Source of the DNA: Candidatus Omnitrophota bacterium
Lineage (GTDB): Bacteria; Omnitrophota; Gorgyraeia; Gorgyraeales; Gorgyraeaceae
DNA: 64,000 bases
Assembly: GCA_018819285.1 (NCBI GenBank)
Contig: JAHJQM010000042.1
Span: forward strand, 45,778-109,777
Direction of reading: 5' to 3'
Part shown: positions 9,130 to 18,720 of the stretch, in pieces
Layout: each line of letters starts with the position of its first letter
Numbering within the stretch: the stretch's first letter is position 1
Notes under the pieces: generated by a model
Databases searched by the model: none
The model's input: only the letters and a program-made list of their open reading frames with translations
Told to the model about the DNA's origin: nothing
Position numbers and translations under genes: made by a program

Positions 9130-10665
9130 CTACTTTAACTGTCTTTTGAGTATTTTCCCTGTAGCTGTCCTAGGAAAAGTCTGCTTAAATTCTACAAATT
9201 TAGGAATTTTGAATAAAGCCAGATTTTTTCTTAGATATTTAATAACTTCTGATCCGCTGAGTATTTCATTTTCTTTTAAAACAATAAATGCCTTTGGCAC
9301 CTCTCCTTTAAACTTATCAGCTATGCCCACAACTGCCGCTTCTTTAATCTTAGGGTGCTTTAGCAAAACCTTTTCTATTTCTACTGGATAAACATTAAAG
9401 CCCCGCACATTGATCATGTCCTTTTTTCTATCTACAATATAAATATATCCATCTTCATCGAGCTTGGCTATATCGCCTGTATAAAGCCAATTATCTTTTA
9501 TGACTTCCTTTGTTTCGGCGTCGTTATTAAAATACCCTTTCATTATATTATCTCCCTTAACCAGAAGCTCGCCTATCTCATTACAAGTTAACTGGTTATT
9601 CTTATCATCAATTATTTTTACTTCTACGCCCTCAATAGGCAAGCCCACTGAACCAGGTTTTTTTATTCCACGCACTGGATTTAATGATACCACAGGCGAA
9701 GCTTCTGTTAATCCATACCCTTCCACAAGAGGAACTCTGAATTTATTTTCAAAAGCCTTTAAAACCTCTGTTGGTAATGCCGCTGCGCCTGAAATGCAGA
9801 GTTTAATAGGGTCTATAAGCTTAAGCACTCTGGAAGTAAACATATGAGGTATCTCCATATGAGCTAAGACATTAAATATGGCCGGTATGCCTATAAATAC
9901 AGTGATTTTCTTTTTTATTATATTTCTAATAACTCTACGAAAAGGCCTTATGTGTTCGATTATAGTAATGCTAGCTCCCACTGCAAGCGGCAGAAGAATA
10001 CAGACAGTGAAAGCAAAAGAGTGAAACATAGGTAAGACGCAAATAAAATTATCTTTTTCAGACACATCTATGCTGGATATACAACTCTTAACATTGGAGA
10101 GAAAATTTTTATGAGTGAGCATTGCGCCTTTAGGGTTGCCGGTTGTGCCAGAGGTATAAAGTATGGAGGCAATTTCATCTGGTTTTATCAAAACATCTTC
10201 TTTTTTTATAATACTCCTCTCTATCATTTCATAAAAATTAAAAGTATTGGGGGCTAAACCATCTATAATAACAGTATATTTCAAATCGGAAGACTTCATC
10301 TTCGCTGAATTTATAATATCTAAATTTGTAACTGAGCCTATAATAAGCTTTGCGCCGGAATCCTTTAAAATAAATCCAAGCTCCTCCTCCTTTAGCATAT
10401 TATTTATAGGCACGCAGATTGCCTCTATGTTAATAATGGCAAAATAACTGACTATAAATTCCGGGGTATTATGTAAAAATAATGCTACCCTATCTTTCTT
10501 TTTAATACCTAGATTTTTCAGGCCTTGTCCCAACCTGCTGGCTGTATGGTATAATTCCTTATAACTAATCTTTTTATCTAAAAAAAATAAAGCGGTTTTA
10601 TCTGAAAATCTCTCTGCGCTTTTTTCGAACATCATTGTCAAATTTTCAGTTAATCTATCTCTCAT
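9130..10665 (-). CDS. AMP-dependent synthetase/ligase (long-chain fatty-acid--CoA ligase-like)
   Basis: The 511-aa ORF has the AMP-binding signature YTSGTTGNPKGAMLTHKN, the motif GYGLTE and the C-terminal lysine motif PRTATGKILKRQLK. Confidence 0.8.
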   Translation of the reverse strand: MRDRLTENLTMMFEKSAERFSDKTALFFLDKKISYKELYHTASRLGQGLKNLGIKKKDRVALFLHNTPEFIVSYFAIINIEAICVPINNMLKEEELGFILKDSGAKLIIGSVTNLDIINSAKMKSSDLKYTVIIDGLAPNTFNFYEMIERSIIKKEDVLIKPDEIASILYTSGTTGNPKGAMLTHKNFLSNVKSCISSIDVSEKDNFICVLPMFHSFAFTVCILLPLAVGASITIIEHIRPFRRVIRNIIKKKITVFIGIPAIFNVLAHMEIPHMFTSRVLKLIDPIKLCISGAAALPTEVLKAFENKFRVPLVEGYGLTEASPVVSLNPVRGIKKPGSVGLPIEGVEVKIIDDKNNQLTCNEIGELLVKGDNIMKGYFNNDAETKEVIKDNWLYTGDIAKLDEDGYIYIVDRKKDMINVRGFNVYPVEIEKVLLKHPKIKEAAVVGIADKFKGEVPKAFIVLKENEILSGSEVIKYLRKNLALFKIPKFVEFKQTFPRTATGKILKRQLK

Positions 10666-12424
10666 GTTTTTTATACTGCAGTTTACGCTTGGGAAAGATA
10701 TGGCTGCTTAACTTATTTATGGCCAAAAAGATTACGCCAATTGATAATAGAATAAGTAGAATTGCAGTGATGGTCAGCGGATAATTATGTTCTGGCATGT
10801 ACTGTTTGGTCAACATCTCCCAAAGCGAATAAAGGGTAGTTATCATCATGAATATAGCCGGTAAAATAGTAAAAGAGCTGGCCTTTTTGCGCTTGGCCAG
10901 CCATACAGAGACTACAATTAAGCTCAATACTGCCAGAAGCTGGTTTGCCGAACCGAAAATCGGCCAGATTTGCTTGAAGGTGTTAGAATAGCATAAAAGC
11001 AGCATAAGCCCGGCAGATAGAGAAGCATTAAATATATACGACTTAAATATCTTAGGTGGTTTTATCATTATAATCGCCCAGAGTTCTTCGAATAAATAAC
11101 GATTAAGCCTTATTGCTGTATCCAGCGTAGTGATTATAAACCCTTCTATCATTAAAATCCCAAAAACCGTTCCTCCGGCTACTGGAAAGCCTAGAGATTT
11201 ATTCAGCAATGTGCCCATTGCTAATGAAAATGCCAGGACAGGATTGCCTGTTGCGCCTTTCGCTATAGGATTGACAATGCTATTGTAAGTGGCGAAATCC
11301 AATCCGCCTGCCACTGTCAATATTACCAACACAGCCAGAATTGATTCCAGCACCATCCCGCCGTAACCCACTCTTTTGGCGTCAGATTCTCTGGATATCT
11401 GCTTGGAAATAGTCCCTCCTACAACCAGAGTATGAAATCCTGATATCGCGCCGCAGGCAACAGTAATGAAAAGAAACGGCCATATTGGCCCTAGAATATT
11501 CACGCCATTAGCAATATTAAAAGCCGGCGCCTGAAGCTTCACTCCAAGTATGCCCCCGGCGATTATTCCTACAAACAAAAAACAAATCCCAAAATAAAGC
11601 AGGAAGGAATTAATGAAATCCCGCGGCTGTAAAAGTATCCATACCGGAACACCGGCTGTTATAATCACGTAAAAGGTAAGTAATATCATCCATACCTGAG
11701 GGTTAAGCGTCACTGGAAAAACCACTCCCATGATTATGGAAAGTATGCCAATGATTAAAGCAAAAAGCCCTATCAATGCGACATTGCGCTGTTTTTTATA
11801 AAGAAAGAATCCTATCAATGGGGCGCATAAGGTCATTATAATTACTGAGGTGGAAGCAATGCCGCCGATACGAGCTTTGAGTATACCGTCGGAATCAATT
11901 ATTGTTTTTAGTATAGTTTCTCCAGGCGCGACTTTCATTGATTCCAAAGGCACTAGCGATGTCAGGGATATGACAGTCAGGCGCAAGAAAGCAGAGGTGA
12001 CATAAATAAGCATTATAATGGTAAATGAAATAAGCAGAAAAAAACCGAATCTACCTAAGGTGCGGTCAGCTACCTCTGCAATGGAATGGCCTTTTTCCCG
12101 GATGCTTACGAAAAGAGCGGTATAATCCTGGACCGCTCCGATAAATACAGTTCCTAAAACAACCCATAACCATATTGGCGCATAACCAAATATAAGGGCA
12201 ACTGTCGGTCCAATAATCGGGCCTGCTCCTGCTATTGAGGCAAAATGATGAGAAAAAACCACTCCTAGTTTAGTGGGGACGTAGTCCACGCCGTCTTTCA
12301 TGGTAATAGCCGGGGTATGGGTCAAATCATTTTCCTCAAATACCCGAGAGATGAATCCGCCGTAAAATCGGTATGCCAGGAAATAGATAGGTAGGGAAAA
12401 TATAAGTAATAACCCTATATTCAT
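10655..12424 (-). CDS. cstA: Carbon starvation protein CstA (peptide/pyruvate transporter family)
   Basis: The 589-aa polytopic membrane protein has a CstA-type N-terminus (MNIGLLLIFSLPIYFLAYRFYGGFISRVF) and conserved internal segments (GAGPIIGP...; FHTLVVGGTISKQ). An AGGAG RBS precedes the ATG. Confidence 0.85.
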   Translation of the reverse strand: MNIGLLLIFSLPIYFLAYRFYGGFISRVFEENDLTHTPAITMKDGVDYVPTKLGVVFSHHFASIAGAGPIIGPTVALIFGYAPIWLWVVLGTVFIGAVQDYTALFVSIREKGHSIAEVADRTLGRFGFFLLISFTIIMLIYVTSAFLRLTVISLTSLVPLESMKVAPGETILKTIIDSDGILKARIGGIASTSVIIMTLCAPLIGFFLYKKQRNVALIGLFALIIGILSIIMGVVFPVTLNPQVWMILLTFYVIITAGVPVWILLQPRDFINSFLLYFGICFLFVGIIAGGILGVKLQAPAFNIANGVNILGPIWPFLFITVACGAISGFHTLVVGGTISKQISRESDAKRVGYGGMVLESILAVLVILTVAGGLDFATYNSIVNPIAKGATGNPVLAFSLAMGTLLNKSLGFPVAGGTVFGILMIEGFIITTLDTAIRLNRYLFEELWAIIMIKPPKIFKSYIFNASLSAGLMLLLCYSNTFKQIWPIFGSANQLLAVLSLIVVSVWLAKRKKASSFTILPAIFMMITTLYSLWEMLTKQYMPEHNYPLTITAILLILLSIGVIFLAINKLSSHIFPKRKLQYKKHER

Positions 12425-12546
12425 AACGTATCGTCAACTCCTAATATCCTTCAATTAAATAAATTTTACTTTAGGGCTAATCAAGAGTCAAGGATATTTA
12501 TCCAAACTGGTGTATTATTTGAATAATTGGGTAACACATGTTTCAA

Positions 12547-12867
12547 TTGCCAGTCCTGGCAGGCCTTCGAAAAGACGCCCGTCCGCCTCAGCGTGGCGGA
12601 CTTTGCTCCGCGCCGATTCTCGCTCGTCCTGTCCAGGCAGGTCTGAGGCACATTAGAAACGTTTCGGCATCTACGGTAGCTTGCGTATAGGTGCGCAAGG
12701 ATTTACAGCGAGTTTCGGTCGATTGACAATACGATAGTCGGCAGAGAAACGAGCTGTAAACCGTAGCGCACGGCGAAACCAGTTTCAGTGCCGAACAGCC
12801 TACCTGGACAGGACACCCTGCCCGCTCTAATCGGCGAGGCTTTTCTCAGACCTGCCAGGACTGGCAA
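12547..12867. other. A GC-rich, highly self-complementary element of about 320 bp bounded by perfect 17-bp inverted repeats. It is a candidate structured ncRNA, structured leader, or MITE-like element.
   Basis: The terminal repeats are ttgccagtcctggcagg (12547-12563) and cctgccaggactggcaa (12851-12867). Properly nested internal complementarities include 12611-18/12829-36 (cgccgatt/aatcggcg), 12628-37/12804-13 (cctgtccagg/cctggacagg), 12671-76/12761-66 (ctacgg/ccgtag) and 12702-09/12753-60 (tttacagc/gctgtaaa). Local hairpins lie at 12581-12601 (gtccgcc-tcagcgt-ggcggac) and 12680-12699 (cttgcg...cgcaag). The base composition is visibly much richer in G+C than the flanking AT-rich DNA. Confidence 0.5.
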
Positions 12868-12950
12868 AAACCTATAAGTATTACCTGACATTGAAAGTAT
12901 TACAATTTATCCAAACCGGTAGGCACAGTATTATTTACATATTCTTGCTC

Positions 12951-12992
12951 TTAAAAAAAATAAGGCCCGACGTTGTGCTATAGCCGGGCCTT
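12951..12992 (-). terminator. Rho-independent terminator downstream of the cold-shock gene
   Basis: The GC stem aaggcccg...cgggcctt (12962-12992) is followed on the minus strand by a T-run (plus-strand aaaaaaaa at 12953-12960). It lies 14 bp after the csp stop. Confidence 0.55.
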
Positions 12993-13005
12993 ATTTGCAT
13001 CTAAG

Positions 13006-13209
13006 TTATATCTTTACTACGTTTGTTGCTTGAGGTCCCTTGGGTCCCTCTCCGATTTCAAATTCAACTGCCTGTCCTTCGCTCAAAGATTTAAAACCTT
13101 CGCCTTGAATCGCATTATGGTGAACAAAACAATCTTTGCTTCCATCATCAGGTGTAATAAACCCATAACCTTTTTGGTCGTTGAACCACTTAACTTTTCC
13201 TTTTGCCAT
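13006..13209 (-). CDS. cspA: Cold-shock protein, CspA family
   Basis: The 67-aa sequence [35 protein letters not shown]... carries the canonical RNP1/RNP2 motifs (KGYGFI, CFVHH). About 165 nt of untranslated leader lie upstream, as is typical of csp genes. Confidence 0.9.
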   Translation of the reverse strand: MAKGKVKWFNDQKGYGFITPDDGSKDCFVHHNAIQGEGFKSLSEGQAVEFEIGEGPKGPQATNVVKI

Positions 13210-13424
13210 TGTCCGCTACCTCCTTCCAATAAAATTTTAGCAAATAATGGCAGAAAGAAAAATCGCAAGGCGAATTCTATTTTACCTTGCGGCTATAAAC
13301 TTCTACTCACCTATTTACTATTGGGTTTAGTATACCTTAATTCTCTCCTGTTGTCAATAAAAATATATTAAAATCGAGAGGCTTGTTCAGAAAAGGCTTC
13401 TAATATCTGAACGGATTCTCTTTT

Positions 13425-16400
13425 CTAGATATCATCCCTATAATCTCTTTTGATGTCTTGTATTGTCGCTGGACTAAGGTCGTATTCTATGAGGTCCTTA
13501 CTTTTAGCTATCTCCGCAGCTTCAAGGTGCATTTTGAGATCCAGGCTGGCATTGCGATAGTTAATTAAAGATGCCGGCATACGATCCAGACCCATGAGTT
13601 TTCTGAATTTATTATAAGTTTTGCCGACTACGGAGCGATCCATAGAAAGCTTACGTCCGATTTCTCTATTTGATAATCCTTGGATCTTATAGCTAAGAAT
13701 CCTGCTTCCATTTACAATAGTTTTCAGCAACCTGACATCAGCTTTTTCGACAAGACCCATTTCATCAGCTATCCCAACAACATAAAGACATTGCTCGAGT
13801 CTAGCAGCGTAACCCTCATCTTTCACAGGATACAACCCCAGCTTTCTTATAGCGCTAATGTAAAATTTCGCATTAAGAGCCTCAGTCACGCCTTTCTCTA
13901 ATAACAGTTTAGGCACACTAGCCAGTGTTTTTTTTTCTCTCGGATTGAGTTGAGGCAAGCCTAGAAATCGCCTTAACAGAGCAAAATCAACATTGACCAC
14001 TCCGTTTTCTCTAGCCTGATTTAATTCATCCGAGCTAGTATAAGTATAGATCAAAGCCCTTTTAAATGTTCTGTGAATATCTTCTTGCCTGTATTTAAAA
14101 TCTGTCTGTTCGCGTAGAGCCCTTGCCCATATGACAAAAAAGTACAGGAATTCACTGCCTTTTGTTTTCCTGATTTTTCCATGTTCTGATTTATAAATAA
14201 GGGCTCTACCCACGACATCTTCATAGCTGTGGCCTATTCTGTTATTTCTCCACGCTTCAATTAATCTATCCGCTTCCATCTCTACATCAACACTCTTTGC
14301 TCCAAATTTAACCGCTTCTGTCAATATCTCTGCTAATATTGAATTTTCATCCGGGATCTTTCTTTGCCAGAACGTATCCAATTTTTCGAGCGCAATTAAC
14401 ATATCAAGGTCTAACATTGCCTCGCAAGCGCTAATAAGTAATCTCTGTTCCCTGGCATCGGCCGGATAGTAGGATTCATGACTTTCGCTTAATTTACCAA
14501 ATTCTATTTTCTCTGACCATGGCTTGCCGTTCTGGTTAACAACCCTGTCTTTTTCATCTATAATTGTGGCACTGACAGGCTCTCTGTATAGAAAACGGAC
14601 CTTAACAAGCAGGCCTGCGGCTTTATTACGTGGCTCAAAGTATGCTAGATACTTGCCAAGTATAAACAGATTTGCTTGCTGACTAAGCCTTAGCCAGAAA
14701 AGATAACTATCCGCAGACCCATCCAATACATCAAGATTGACTTCAGACCATAGGTAACGGGCATCCTCTTTATCGCCTTCGGCCTGACCTATCCACCTGC
14801 CTGTAATATTATCGAAAACAGCATATCTAAATCCTCTTTCTCTTGTCTTTTCATCCAAATCCCTTTCTCGTATAGGATACAATCTAGCCACCTGCCTTCT
14901 TACATACCACTGATGCCTCTCTGAAGCAGGCCTTATATCAAGCGTAAGGGGATTACCCAGATAGTTCACAATAGGATTGCCTCTATAATCCAGGGTAGGC
15001 TTTCCGTCTTCATCCACAAATCGCATCCTCGACATATAATAGTCTGCGTGCGTATTTTTCCGTGCAGTTGTCCAATCAAATTCTGCTTCAAACCTTGCTC
15101 CTTGCAGCCTTTTATCTTCAAGCGTAACCCACTTCTTGGGCATTTTTTGCTTGGAGCTAGGTGTTGTATTTAGCCCTAAGGACACAGTTCCGTCTTTCTT
15201 GCTTACATAGACCTTCTCTCCACTTACTAAAATCCTGCGCCCCTCGAATATCATCATCCTGCTCCAGCTTAACCTATTGCAAGAACCTGCAAGTTTCAAT
15301 TCGCCATTGTCTTCGATAATATATATAAGAAGCGGTTTTATTACCTTAATTATTCTCCCGTCTTTTACAATCCTGACCTGCGTTACCTGCCCCTGGACAA
15401 CATCAAACTCTATTTCCGAGCCTTTGTGCTCTCCTAAATTTAATCTGTGCTTTCCGCCTATATGAAGTTTACTCGACGCTGGGAAATGACCTATGGTAAC
15501 CCTGTCTAACTTTGAAAAATCCTCTCCGGATATTCCCTTCGCCTGGTCAAAATAAGTAACATCCCCTGTATCCCAGTGATAAATAAAAGCCTTGTTATCC
15601 TTCCGTTTGTCAGATGTGGTGTATTCAATCAATTTTTCGGAACGGATAAGTAGTTGTAAATACCCAAGATACCCGGCCTTCTCATCCATCTCTCTTCCGT
15701 ATTTTTTAATAAAACCAATGTATTGTTCAGTATGGCTGGCATCAAGGGAAGTTATTGTATTTTTAACACAGTCTTCAGCAAGGGCCTGTTCTGTGGCCTC
15801 ATCTCCCTTAACCCCTCTTTCATGGGCAAGTTCCTCTGAGAGAATAGAGGTTATAAGCTCGGTTATGAAGCCTAAGTCTTCGTTATTTTGTATCATGGCC
15901 TCGATATCAGAAGCATTGAGTATGATAAGGTTATTCTTACGGTGGTCTCCTGCTATATAGTCATATTTATCAGCAAGGACTATTGTTATGTTTTTGGCTA
16001 AGTTTCCTTCATAAAGAGATTTGGAACGGGAAATGGCATTTACAAGGTTGTCTTTTATATATTGGATTAATCTTGTTCTTTCTTTTCCTCTTGTAGGTCC
16101 TCTTATGGTAAAGGTTATATTGGCGTCTCTACCTGCAGGAGATATTGCTGCCAGTAAAGGCAGGGCGTTGAGCCTATTGTCTATACCAGTGATGTTATAT
16201 TCTTCGTTATCCATTGCAAATACATCTGTCCTTCCTTCTTTTGTATGGCTGTTGAGCTTGGAGAAAAGGGAGAAGTGGGTTGAAATCGGTTTCGAGTTAG
16301 GTTTGTTATATTGTCTTAGATAGTAAGTTCCTTTAAAAATACTAAAATGCAGTATCCTGTTGATAATACTGCCGAAGATAAGATAGGTTTCTATCAAGCG

Positions 16401-17303
16401 CCTGCCTATTTTGTTAGAATTTTTTTTCAAGCGGACCACTAGCATTTCAGGCATATTAAAAAACTGTAATATCTTATATAGCAGGAGTGCTGTAATTTTA
16501 ATAAAGAATTGACCTGAGATGAGGACTCCGAAATATAAAGCGGCAGGAACTGAAATAAAACTGGATACTGGTTTTCCATAAACAATAACTCCATTCCCTC
16601 TCGCGCCTATATCAATATTCAATTTACCTATAAGATAAATAACAATAGACTTGAGAGAATTTAATAGAGGGCGCGTACCTAATATCACAGTTTCTACAGG
16701 GACATCTAGGCCTTCAACATGCAGAGCTTCAAACGTAGCTCCAGGGCCAGATAAATGCACAACAACATCCACATCTAAAGCTTCTGTTTTATTTCTATGC
16801 CATAGATACGATCCATGAATAATTATAGATTCAACGATGCTCCTCTCGGGGAGATTTCCTGATTGCCTCAATTCCTCCATTCTCAAAAGTATCCTCTGAA
16901 CTACAGGTTTCAGGTAATTTAGCCTATTGGATATTTCGGCCCTGCTGATATCATCATTACGAATAATATTCCAATACCAGTTGGAATTAGGTACTGCCTG
17001 CAAAATAGTATCGATATTTTGATATCTAATATCAACGATTTCTTTATCTGACAGATTTAGCGCTAGAGGCAAGGATTCGTTCATGCCCCTGCTTTCCTTA
17101 TCTTCTTTTAAGCCGCTGGATTGCGCTGCGCTTAAACTTTCCGATAATCTCTCCCGTCCATCTTTACTGTTAGAAATAAGTTGAGGCCTCAGATTGGTTT
17201 TTTTGGGTAGTTCTATGCCATAGCATGTACTTGTAACAGTAAAAGTTATAAGTACAATTGTTGCTATTATCCTTATGATAAAAAGTTTTTTAAAGTTTAA
17301 CAT
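13425..17303 (-). CDS. Giant 1292-aa hypothetical protein. Architecture: N-terminal signal/anchor, minimal nucleotidyltransferase (pol-beta superfamily) motif, TM helices, about 800 aa of unknown function, and a C-terminal LuxR/GerE-type HTH.
   Basis: The signal-like N-terminus is MLNFKKLFIIRIIATIVLITFTVTSTCYG. The nucleotidyltransferase signature is IIIHGSYLWHRNKTEALDVDVVVH (hG[GS]...DhDhhh). A hydrophobic stretch follows (FISVPAALYFGVLISGQFFIKITALLLYKIL). The C-terminal HTH reads LSNREIGRKLSMDRSVVGKTYNKFRKLMG, which matches the LuxR/FixJ consensus. I recognise no other family signatures. Confidence 0.5.
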   Translation of the reverse strand: MLNFKKLFIIRIIATIVLITFTVTSTCYGIELPKKTNLRPQLISNSKDGRERLSESLSAAQSSGLKEDKESRGMNESLPLALNLSDKEIVDIRYQNIDTILQAVPNSNWYWNIIRNDDISRAEISNRLNYLKPVVQRILLRMEELRQSGNLPERSIVESIIIHGSYLWHRNKTEALDVDVVVHLSGPGATFEALHVEGLDVPVETVILGTRPLLNSLKSIVIYLIGKLNIDIGARGNGVIVYGKPVSSFISVPAALYFGVLISGQFFIKITALLLYKILQFFNMPEMLVVRLKKNSNKIGRRLIETYLIFGSIINRILHFSIFKGTYYLRQYNKPNSKPISTHFSLFSKLNSHTKEGRTDVFAMDNEEYNITGIDNRLNALPLLAAISPAGRDANITFTIRGPTRGKERTRLIQYIKDNLVNAISRSKSLYEGNLAKNITIVLADKYDYIAGDHRKNNLIILNASDIEAMIQNNEDLGFITELITSILSEELAHERGVKGDEATEQALAEDCVKNTITSLDASHTEQYIGFIKKYGREMDEKAGYLGYLQLLIRSEKLIEYTTSDKRKDNKAFIYHWDTGDVTYFDQAKGISGEDFSKLDRVTIGHFPASSKLHIGGKHRLNLGEHKGSEIEFDVVQGQVTQVRIVKDGRIIKVIKPLLIYIIEDNGELKLAGSCNRLSWSRMMIFEGRRILVSGEKVYVSKKDGTVSLGLNTTPSSKQKMPKKWVTLEDKRLQGARFEAEFDWTTARKNTHADYYMSRMRFVDEDGKPTLDYRGNPIVNYLGNPLTLDIRPASERHQWYVRRQVARLYPIRERDLDEKTRERGFRYAVFDNITGRWIGQAEGDKEDARYLWSEVNLDVLDGSADSYLFWLRLSQQANLFILGKYLAYFEPRNKAAGLLVKVRFLYREPVSATIIDEKDRVVNQNGKPWSEKIEFGKLSESHESYYPADAREQRLLISACEAMLDLDMLIALEKLDTFWQRKIPDENSILAEILTEAVKFGAKSVDVEMEADRLIEAWRNNRIGHSYEDVVGRALIYKSEHGKIRKTKGSEFLYFFVIWARALREQTDFKYRQEDIHRTFKRALIYTYTSSDELNQARENGVVNVDFALLRRFLGLPQLNPREKKTLASVPKLLLEKGVTEALNAKFYISAIRKLGLYPVKDEGYAARLEQCLYVVGIADEMGLVEKADVRLLKTIVNGSRILSYKIQGLSNREIGRKLSMDRSVVGKTYNKFRKLMGLDRMPASLINYRNASLDLKMHLEAAEIAKSKDLIEYDLSPATIQDIKRDYRDDI

Positions 17304-17482
17304 AATGCAGATAAAAAAATAGCCTTCCCTCTGGCTCTACTTAACCTATCTTAATATAAAATAAGATAAATACACTGACTATATCACATATATAGTTCTT
17401 ATATATTATACCCTATAAGGTTAGGCTTTTCAAATAAATTCTCAGTTTGGCGCAGTTTCAGTGTATTTAAATTTTGGTAAGC

Positions 17483-18361
17483 CTAGCTTGCTTTATTTTT
17501 ATGTTCTTCTTTCTTCAGTGGCAATATTCCCGCCATTTCGCCGATCACGTTCACTAATTCCGTATTCGCCGGAATCACAATCTTCGCGTTATTGGCTAAA
17601 GATTTCTCCACTGCCTCGAGTTTACGCAATACCTGGGCATTGCCTATAAAATATTTTTCCGCTGCTTCATTTAACAGGCGAATCGCCTCTGCTTCGCCTT
17701 CTGCTTCCAGAATTCTAGCCTGCCTGAAACCTTCCGCTTTTTTAATCTCCGCTCTTTTCTGGCCGTCAGCTGCTGTTTCCGTGGCAGTAGCAAAATCCAC
17801 TGCCGCGATCTTTTCATTTTCAGCCTTAACCACCTTGTTCATTGTTTCCTGCACATCTTTCGGCGGATCAATCTCTTTTAATTCTGTGCGCACAATTTCA
17901 ATGCCCCAGCTCGAAGTCTCCTCCATTAAAGTTTTATGCAGCTCCGCATTAATTTTCCCACGCTCGCTATTTGCGGATTTTAAAGTCATGGTGCCTATAA
18001 TATTCCTCAGGGTAGTCCTGGCCAGGTTCACAATCTGATATTGGTAATTAAAAACATTATACTGGCAGCTTTTTACGCTTTCCTGATCTGCCTTCACTTT
18101 AAAATAAACCTGGGCGTCCACCTTGGCGTTAAGATTATCATTAGTGATAATCTCCTGAGGCTCGGCATCCACCATTTTTTCGGTGATATTTATCTGGTAC
18201 ATCTTATCTATGCCTGGGATAATCCAGTTAAAACCGGCGTTAGCAAAAGTGCGATATTTTCCTAATCTCTCAATTAAACCGCGATGAGTAGGCCTGACAA
18301 TCCTTATCCCTGTAAAAAATATCATAATTACAGCCATCCCAAGTAAATAAAGAATATTCAT
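17483..18361 (-). CDS. SPFH/band-7 family protein (stomatin/prohibitin/HflK-C-like)
   Basis: The 292-aa ORF has an N-terminal TM and a band-7 core ([16 protein letters not shown]...). A C-terminal coiled coil is rich in A/E/K. It overlaps the upstream YHS gene by 4 bp (ATGA), which suggests translational coupling. Confidence 0.8.
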   Translation of the reverse strand: MNILYLLGMAVIMIFFTGIRIVRPTHRGLIERLGKYRTFANAGFNWIIPGIDKMYQINITEKMVDAEPQEIITNDNLNAKVDAQVYFKVKADQESVKSCQYNVFNYQYQIVNLARTTLRNIIGTMTLKSANSERGKINAELHKTLMEETSSWGIEIVRTELKEIDPPKDVQETMNKVVKAENEKIAAVDFATATETAADGQKRAEIKKAEGFRQARILEAEGEAEAIRLLNEAAEKYFIGNAQVLRKLEAVEKSLANNAKIVIPANTELVNVIGEMAGILPLKKEEHKNKAS

Positions 18362-18720
18362 TTTGCTCCTCCTTCTACTTCATTATTCTCTTGTGATTCC
18401 TCTGTCTCTTTTTCTTCCTGTGATTTCTTTATTTTCTCTATATATTTCTCCGGATATTTTTTAAATTCATCTATGCACATCGGACAGCAGAAATTATAGA
18501 TCTTGCCTTCATACTCGTAAGTCGCCTTCGCCTCTTCCTTGATCTCCTCTCCTGAAACAGGGCAAATATTATTGTCTACGTCTACCAGGTTTTTCTGCTC
18601 ATTCTGCATATCGCCTTTTTGCATCATTCCGTGGTCATATCCTGCATGCTCAGATTCTGCAAATACGAACGGAGACATGAAAAATATCGCTGCCGCTAAA
18701 GCCATAACTATTCTTTTCAT
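18358..18720 (-). CDS. Secreted YHS-domain metal-binding protein with a His/Met-rich segment
   Basis: The ORF has a signal peptide and a His/Met stretch ([15 protein letters not shown]). The YHS motif reads ICPVSGEEI...[28 protein letters not shown]. It overlaps the cusA stop by 4 bp. Confidence 0.65.
   Translation of the reverse strand: MKRIVMALAAAIFFMSPFVFAESEHAGYDHGMMQKGDMQNEQKNLVDVDNNICPVSGEEIKEEAKATYEYEGKIYNFCCPMCIDEFKKYPEKYIEKIKKSQEEKETEESQENNEVEGGAK

Noticed and set aside
12547-12867. RNase P RNA, tmRNA or SRP RNA as the identity of the GC-rich structured element
   Set aside because: Minus-strand words resembling RNase P (GGCAGGGTG, AAAGTCCG) occur in the wrong order relative to P4/P10 of bacterial RNase P. 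There is no tRNA-like T-arm and CCA as expected for tmRNA, and no SRP domain IV motif.
12703-12891. 62-aa ORF on the minus strand inside the GC-rich element
   Set aside because: It is a low-complexity Arg/Gly/Pro-rich translation typical of a GC-rich non-coding sequence. It has no RBS and lies entirely within the structured element.
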